Below, one piece after another: positions 58,848 through 64,000 of a stretch of DNA of 64,000 nt. The stretch spans positions 64,539-128,538 of the forward strand of contig CAWKBT010000001.1 in assembly GCA_963847915.1 (NCBI GenBank), given 5' to 3'. The stretch is from an uncultured Alphaproteobacteria bacterium (GTDB taxonomy: Bacteria > Pseudomonadota > Alphaproteobacteria > Rhizobiales > Beijerinckiaceae). Below the pieces are notes generated by a model. The model was not told the origin of the DNA. It saw only the letters and a list, made by a program, of their open reading frames with translations, and made no database searches. Made by a program: the position numbers and the translations under genes. Numbering within the stretch: the first letter of the stretch is position 1; every line of letters starts with the position of its first letter.

Positions 58848-60000
58848 CGTCCTCACGTTTCCAAGCAAGTTTCCGCATCGCGGTCTCGTGCCCGCGCGGT
58901 TGAAGGATGCACGCATAGCGGCAAGCCTCAATCAGACGGAGCTGGCGACAGCGGTCGATGTGAGCCGCCAAGCGATATCGGCTTTCGAGGCGGGCGAGAA
59001 AAATCCTGAGCCCGCTACGATGCAAAGGATTGCTGACGTCCTCAATCAACCTATCTCGTTCTTCTCGTCTCAGGATGCAGACACGTTCGGCGAGTTCGGG
59101 ACGCGCTATTTCCGCGCCTTCGGGGCAGACACGAAGCGTCGCAACCTTATGTCCGACGTTCTGAGCAAGTGGTTCGTACAGGTCGCACGATACCTTTTCG
59201 ATCTAGTGAGCTTTCCAGACTCCAATTTGCCGAACGCCTCCCCTAAGGACGGCAATCGGTACGCCGATGAGGAAATTGAGGAGATAGCCGAGGAATGTCG
59301 GCGGAGATGGGGGCTGGGTACAGGTCCAATTTCCAACGTCATCGGGCTGCTAGAGAACAATGGCGTTGTCGTTTGTCGATATGAGATGACCGGCCAAAAG
59401 GTTGAAGCCTTTTCGTTCTGGAACGGACCTCGTCCTTTTGTTTTCCTTTCTTCGGAAAAGCAGTCTGCAGTAAGGGCACGCTTTGATGCTGCGCACGAGC
59501 TAGGCCACCTCGTCCTACATAGGTGGTTAGGTTCGGAAGAAATTGAGGATCCGAAAGCCTTGAAGCTGATTGAGGCGGAAGCAAACAGATTTGCAGGTGC
59601 CTTGTTGCTTCCGCGCGTGTCATTTCCGAACGAAATATATTCACCGAGGTTGGACGCTTTTGTTGACCTAAAACGTCGATGGAAAGTCGCTATATCGGCT
59701 ATGGTTTATAGGTGTAAGAATCTGGGAATTTTCGACGAGGTTCAGGTCACAAATCTGTATAAGCAAATCTCGTTTCGCAAATGGCGTACAAGCGAGCCAC
59801 TTGACGATCAGATTAAGTTTGAAGAGCCGAAACTGCTTCGGAAGGCTGTCGAAATCATCGTTCATTCGGAGCGCAAAATGCGGGACGAGATTGCCTCGGA
59901 CCTTCGAATTTCGCGGCGGTTCATAGCGGCGTTTTGCGGCTTGCCGCCAGAATATTTCGAGCAGCGCAGCGGTGCCGAATTTGTCCCGATACTCAAATGA
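58837..60000 (+). CDS. XRE-family HTH fused to an ImmA/IrrE-type (COG2856, M78) zinc metallopeptidase
   Basis: ATG 58837 (MAPNVLTF...). The HTH is LNQTELATAVDVSRQAISAFEAGEKNP. The HEXXH site is RFDAAHELGHLVLH, followed by EAEANRFAGALLLP. Confidence 0.85.
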   Translation: MAPNVLTFPSKFPHRGLVPARLKDARIAASLNQTELATAVDVSRQAISAFEAGEKNPEPATMQRIADVLNQPISFFSSQDADTFGEFGTRYFRAFGADTKRRNLMSDVLSKWFVQVARYLFDLVSFPDSNLPNASPKDGNRYADEEIEEIAEECRRRWGLGTGPISNVIGLLENNGVVVCRYEMTGQKVEAFSFWNGPRPFVFLSSEKQSAVRARFDAAHELGHLVLHRWLGSEEIEDPKALKLIEAEANRFAGALLLPRVSFPNEIYSPRLDAFVDLKRRWKVAISAMVYRCKNLGIFDEVQVTNLYKQISFRKWRTSEPLDDQIKFEEPKLLRKAVEIIVHSERKMRDEIASDLRISRRFIAAFCGLPPEYFEQRSGAEFVPILK

Positions 60001-60002
60001 AA

Positions 60003-60032
60003 ACGGCTCAGAGGCGTGAACCTCTGAGCCGT
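60003..60032. terminator. 12-bp perfect stem-loop between convergent genes (possible bidirectional terminator)
   Basis: ACGGCTCAGAGG (60003-60014), loop CGTGAA, then CCTCTGAGCCGT (60021-60032). On the minus strand it is followed by TTTTCATTT. On the plus strand there is no T-tract. Confidence 0.5.
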
Positions 60033-60113
60033 CTGTGGGGGCAGCAAGCGCAGGGCGGGACCGTCCAAGCCATTCCCTACGGGTGCAACTCCCGTTGCCT
60101 CCAGCCTACCATT

Positions 60114-60365
60114 TCAGCCCGCAGCGGGTCTACCGCTGGGCTTCGGTCCGGTGACCCCCAATGTCGTTTCGCCTTGAACGAACGCGATCCCTTGCCCTTC
60201 TAGGGCAGCTCGCATTGCCCCTAGATTATTCGAGATCGGAACCCGTCGTCCCTTCTCGAAATCCCGAACGGTCGACAGAGACACGTTCGCGGCGGCGGCA
60301 AGCTCTGCCTGCCCCCAGTCCAACCATCCACGCGCAGCGCGGCTCTGTTCCGGCGTTATCGTCAT
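60114..60365 (-). CDS. XRE-family HTH transcriptional regulator (small)
   Basis: MTITPEQSRAARGWLDWGQAELAAAANVSLSTVRDFEKGRRVP is a standard Cro/C1-type HTH. ATG 60365 has no obvious SD, and the upstream TTG at 60428 is an alternative start. Confidence 0.75.
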   Translation of the reverse strand: MTITPEQSRAARGWLDWGQAELAAAANVSLSTVRDFEKGRRVPISNNLGAMRAALEGQGIAFVQGETTLGVTGPKPSGRPAAG

Positions 60366-60409
60366 GGGGAGGTGATACGAAAGAGCGGCGCCCACGTCAA
60401 CGATTTCTG

Positions 60410-60438
60410 TTGACACCAACGTTTTCAATGCTTATCAC
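60410..60438 (+). promoter_or_regulatory. candidate sigma70-type promoter upstream of the transposase gene
   Basis: TTGACA (60410-60415), a 17-nt spacer, then TATCAC (60433-60438). It is followed by an imperfect palindrome, CTGAGGTCAACG-GAAAA-CGTTGGACCTCAG (60438-60467). Confidence 0.3.
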
Positions 60439-60470
60439 TGAGGTCAACGGAAAACGTTGGACCTCAGCCC

Positions 60471-61424
60471 TTGTCGCAGCACTTCCTTCTCTCCAAAGCC
60501 GCAAGGAGCCTGAGCCTCGCTCGGGTTGCCCGGCTTTCGGATGAGGAAGCGCATGACGCCTTCCGGCTGATCCGCTGGACGGAGACGAAGGGCGAGGCGG
60601 TTTGTCCCCGCTGCGCTTGCGCCGCCACCTACACCTACAAGGCCCGTAAGCTCTGGAAGTGCAAGGCGTGCTCGCATCAGTTCAGCGTCACGAGCGGGAC
60701 GATTTTCGCTAGCCGTAAGATGCCGATCCGCGACATCCTGCTCGCCATCGCGATCTTCGTGAACGGCGCCAAGGGCCATAGCGCCCTGCAGCTCTCCCGC
60801 GATCTGGATTGCCAGTACAAGACGGCCTTCGTCCTCGCCCACAAGATCCGCGAGGCCATCACGGCCGACGCCGACGAGCGTACCCTGTCGGGCGACGTGG
60901 AAGTCGACGGCGCCTATTTCGGCGGCTACGTGAAGCCGGCCAATGAGAAAGAGAACCGCGTCGATCGCCGCAAGGCCGAAAACCAGACCGGCAAGCGCAA
61001 GGTCGTCGTCGTGATGCGCGAGCGTGGCGGCGAGACGCTGCCCTTCGTGTTCCGTTCCGAGGCCGCGTCGGTTTCGACGATCGGCGCTAAGGTGGCGCTC
61101 GGCTCCACGATCTATGCCGACGAAGCGGCCTCCTGGGATCGCCTGCATGATCGCTTCCTGACGAAGCGCATCAATCATCAGGAGGCCTACTCGACGGCCG
61201 AGGCCTGCACCAACGGCGCCGAGTCATTCTTCTCCCGCATCCGCCGGGCCGAGATCGGCATCCATCACCATATCGCCGGCCCCTACCTCCAGGCCTACAG
61301 CCAGGAGATGGCGCGGCGCGAGGATCACCGCCGCGTGTCGAACGGCGAGCAGTACCTTATGATGACGGAAGCGGCGCTCCGTCATCCGGTGTCACGGGTG
61401 TGGAAGGGGTACTGGCAGAGGTGA
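60471..61424 (+). mobile_element. IS1595-family transposase gene (element ends not defined)
   Basis: TTG start. An N-terminal zinc ribbon (CPRCACAATYTYKARKLWKCKACSHQFSVTSGTIF) and an ISXO2-like DDE domain (VEVDGAYFGGY...VVVVMRERGG...IYADEAASWD...INHQE). Confidence 0.85.
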
Positions 61425-61446
61425 GTTGACCACCAAACTGGTTATC

Positions 61447-61839
61447 TCAGGCCACTTCGCGCAGAGGATGAGGATCTACCAACTCGCGGAGATATCGCTC
61501 CGAACCTGCTAGGCTTCTTTGATGCAGGCCCTGTCCCACTAATCGTTTATCGGTGTCAGACATCGTTTCAAGATGTGTTTCAACACTGCGCCGTAGGGCG
61601 TCCATCTCAGCCGCATGCGCTTCGAAACTAGCTGCATATGCCTTAGCAACTAGCTCTCGAAAAGCTGCCTCTCGCATCATGGCTTGCTGCATGTAGTGCC
61701 GCGCTCGCCGCTTAGCACGAAGCCCCAAAGCGATGTCCCTCAACATTGCACCAATAGCGCCAGTCACGGTCGCAGTGGCTAGAATGGCGACAGCAGGGGC
61801 ACCGACATCGTGCAAAACCTGACCGACAAACGAAATCAT
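61447..61839 (-). CDS. hypothetical protein with an N-terminal membrane anchor and a helical tail
   Basis: ATG 61839 is preceded by GAGG and lies 7 nt after the upstream stop. The sequence is MISFVGQVLHDVGAPAVAILATATVTGAIGAML, then a charged helical region. Confidence 0.45.
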   Translation of the reverse strand: MISFVGQVLHDVGAPAVAILATATVTGAIGAMLRDIALGLRAKRRARHYMQQAMMREAAFRELVAKAYAASFEAHAAEMDALRRSVETHLETMSDTDKRLVGQGLHQRSLAGSERYLRELVDPHPLREVA

Positions 61840-61846
61840 GTTCGCC

Positions 61847-62305
61847 TCAGGGTTGATGCTTCTTGCGAAAAAGCAATCCATCGGGAAAGGGACGTGCGAG
61901 CATTACGTGCCATATAAACCGCTCGATAGCATGCACCAATCCCACGGCGATGAGCAAGGTTCCACTCCAATGTTCAACGCTGATCGGCGAAGCTGAGCCA
62001 GCGCTTCCCCCGAGCAGGAGCCCGGCTAGGAACAGCAGCACGTGAGCGCACAACGTAAGAGGGTGCTCAGCCGTGAAAATGAACCCAGATGCCATCACCG
62101 CCGCTGTCAGAGTGATGTTTTCTGGTTCCATCTTGCTTTTGTGAAGGTATTCCACGGCGAGAGGAAGGCATGGCAAAACCAACGTGGCAATAAGACTTAA
62201 AGCCCACACCCCAAGGTTGTTAAGTGCTGATTTTCCGATCTCGTAAATTGCGACCGATGCGCGTCTGCAAAATGCGCCCGTTGCGACCATGGATGGAACG
62301 GGCAC
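61847..62305 (-). CDS. hypothetical integral membrane protein (about 4 spans)
   Basis: 152-aa ORF in AT-richer DNA, hydrophobic throughout (GVWALSLIATLVLPCLPLAV, LTAAVMASGFIF, HVLLFLAGLLLGG, TLLIAVGLVHAI). Confidence 0.5.
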   Translation of the reverse strand: MPVPSMVATGAFCRRASVAIYEIGKSALNNLGVWALSLIATLVLPCLPLAVEYLHKSKMEPENITLTAAVMASGFIFTAEHPLTLCAHVLLFLAGLLLGGSAGSASPISVEHWSGTLLIAVGLVHAIERFIWHVMLARPFPDGLLFRKKHQP

Positions 62306-62374
62306 AGATTGGACATTCCGCCAGAGGAGAATGCGACAGCATTATAACATTCGCTGCTTGTGGCAAGCGAATGG

Positions 62375-62830
62375 TCACTGCCTAGCCGATACCTTCCTGT
62401 CGGTAATGGTGGCCCACACCCTCACCCCGCCCCGAATCCCCTCCGACCCAATCCCACCACGCTTCCACTGCAGCGTGAGCGCTTGCACGATGCGGTACGC
62501 CAGGGCCTTCCTGAGGACCGGATCAGCCGCGTCGAGGCCCTTGGCCTCGGCAACGCGCCTTGCGAGCTCCCGCGTGTCCTGAGGGCCGTGAGAAGCCAGC
62601 GCAGCCTTGCACAGCCCTGACAGCTCGCCGCGTCGGAACAGCCGGCTCGTGTCCATGTAGGCGCGAACCTCGCTGAGCTCAGCCTCTCCGACCGCGAACA
62701 GGGTCAGGGTGGCGTTTACATGTGTCAGATCCCGGCGGCACTGGTCAGCCTTGCCTTCGTAGGCCTTGAGAGCGGCTTCGATCTCGCTGCGCTTCGCCTC
62801 AAGCGTGTGGATGATTTGGGAATCGGCCAT
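62375..62830 (-). CDS. hypothetical cytoplasmic protein (151 aa)
   Basis: MADSQIIHTLEAKRSEIEAALKAYEGKADQCRRDLTHVNATLTLF... has ordinary composition. It is the first gene of a same-strand trio. Confidence 0.55.
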   Translation of the reverse strand: MADSQIIHTLEAKRSEIEAALKAYEGKADQCRRDLTHVNATLTLFAVGEAELSEVRAYMDTSRLFRRGELSGLCKAALASHGPQDTRELARRVAEAKGLDAADPVLRKALAYRIVQALTLQWKRGGIGSEGIRGGVRVWATITDRKVSARQ

Positions 62831-63226
62831 GGCCCGCCTTGATGGGGTGCTGGCCTGCCCCGGCAGCTTGCGGAGAGCCGAGTCGTAACCAAAACCGCGA
62901 ACGGGGACAGTCCAAGGCTCTCACCAGCTCTGGCAGCTTACCGAGACGATCGCCGTTCGGGGAGGGGCGGCTTGGTGAGTTTGCTACCTAACACTGCGTG
63001 TAGGCGGCTTCGGTGTCGCCGATGTGCAGGTATTCGCCCTGTCCTCGCTCACTGTCGAAGCCCACGACGCGCAGACCAGCCCCGATATAGGCGAGCCGGT
63101 CCTTGAACCGGTTCGTGCTTGGAATCGATCGCCGGCGAGCCGTCGGCCGCCCCCGTCGAGCCCACGACGGAGGTGAGGCCCGCCGCTGCGCCCAGGGACG
63201 CGCGCGGCCGGAGAGCCTGCCCGCGC

Positions 63227-63535
63227 TTATCGGGCGAGGAAGAACACGACGACCACCACCGCGATCACCACGATCGTGCCGACGATCGCCAGCACGGGGC
63301 CGTTTGTGTTGGGCTTGTCGTTGGCGGTGGCGATGCGGCCGATCGTCTGCTCCTGCTGGCGGGCGAGGGCGATCTCGGCGGGCGTCGCCGGGTTGCCGCC
63401 CGCTTCCTCGCAGGTGCCGAGCGAGGCCATGCCGGGATCAGCCGTCGCGGTCTTGTCGCCGGTGCGGCCGGAATCGATGTCGTCCTTGAGCTGCAGGACG
63501 GTGTCTCCCTCACGGGGGCGAAGGGGCTGGTCCAT
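63227..63535 (-). CDS. small tail-anchored membrane protein (hypothetical)
   Basis: 102 aa with a hydrophilic N-terminus and the C-terminal span GPVLAIVGTIVVIAVVVVVFFLAR. Confidence 0.55.
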   Translation of the reverse strand: MDQPLRPREGDTVLQLKDDIDSGRTGDKTATADPGMASLGTCEEAGGNPATPAEIALARQQEQTIGRIATANDKPNTNGPVLAIVGTIVVIAVVVVVFFLAR

Positions 63536-63653
63536 GATCGGGGCTCCGATGGGGGTTCACTGGACCTCGAACGCCCGCCCGTAACGGAAAGGTGCCGGCC
63601 TTGACGTCGCGGCTCCCCGCGGCATCTCCCGGGCGGAACGGGAGGCCGCCGCG

Positions 63654-63881
63654 ATGTTCGAATGCTGGGTCTACAAGGACGAGCCGCATGTGCGGCTGGT
63701 GGTGAAGGCGGGTGCCATGCTGCCGACGGAACTCGGCCACAAGGACTGGACGCTGCTCGGCCCCTGGGAGCCGACGCCCGAGACGGCGCACGAGGTGGAG
63801 CACCGCGGCTTCCACTTCTTCAAGGTGGCCGAGGCCGTGGATGCCTCCCACTTCAAAAATGCCGCGGCGTCGGGCAATTGA
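63654..63881 (+). CDS. small hypothetical protein (75 aa)
   Basis: MFECWVYKDEPHVRLVVKAGAMLPTELGHKDWTLLGPWEP... has an unbiased, globular-looking composition. Confidence 0.5.
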   Translation: MFECWVYKDEPHVRLVVKAGAMLPTELGHKDWTLLGPWEPTPETAHEVEHRGFHFFKVAEAVDASHFKNAAASGN

Positions 63882-64000
63882 GCCGCGCGGCGTCGTGAGG
63901 CCCGCAGGCTTGCCGCCGCTCCGCGCCGTGCGATATCCGGGGCACGGCCCGGGCACCTCCGGGCTCGCGGAGTGCGACCCATGACTACCCAGCCCGACGT

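Noticed and set aside
62988-63140. A minus-strand reading ...NRFKDRLAYIGAGLRVVGFDSERGQGEYLHIGDTEAAYTQC-stop that looks like the C-terminal end of a real protein at the right edge of the island.
   Set aside because: There is no in-frame start giving a reasonable length, and no recognisable family. Only about 40 residues look protein-like. It is noted as a possible truncated target gene but is not reportable as a feature.
63981-64000. An ATG at 63981 (MTTQPD...) that may start a plus-strand gene running off the right edge.
   Set aside because: Only 20 nt are visible, so it cannot be supported.

Overview
High-GC, alphaproteobacterial-looking chromosomal segment (about 68% GC in lines I counted), densely coding on both strands. 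I found no rRNA, tRNA or CRISPR. Layout: 1-14.5 kb holds an amidase/M20-amidohydrolase-rich locus with a peptide-type ABC importer, an enolase-superfamily enzyme and hutG/hutD-like genes. 14.5-22.5 kb holds a class III nucleotidyl cyclase, a run of transporters (DUF606, TAXI-like, ArsB/NhaD) and a metallophosphoesterase. 22.5-28 kb is a GntR-headed sugar-type ABC operon that includes a Cys/Met-family PLP enzyme. 28-35 kb holds a Crp/Fnr regulator, an L,D-transpeptidase, a HEPN/MNT toxin-antitoxin pair and membrane proteins. 35-42 kb holds a stand-alone ureC, a glycogen-debranching-type glycosidase and a GH63 glycosidase. 42.4-46.2 kb encodes a three-subunit molybdo-hydroxylase. There are two main observations. 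(1) From about 44.9 to 56.4 kb, eleven consecutive genes are interrupted by about 30 or more single-base frameshifts, while roughly 50 other genes in the window read cleanly. The affected genes are the Mo subunit, DUF1989, nagA, a SIS gene, a HutC-type GntR, murQ, an ABC binding protein, two permeases, a Gfo/Idh/MocA oxidoreductase and the ABC ATPase. (2) 57.4-62.9 kb is an AT-richer island (42-45% GC in lines I counted). It carries an HNH-like protein with a CoiA-type zinc ribbon, an unknown protein whose gene overlaps an XRE-HTH/ImmA-IrrE peptidase fusion, an IS1595-family transposase, and a three-gene operon of unknown function. The island is the best candidate here for an undescribed toxin-antitoxin or defence-type module. 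All calls come from reading the translations; no database search was run.
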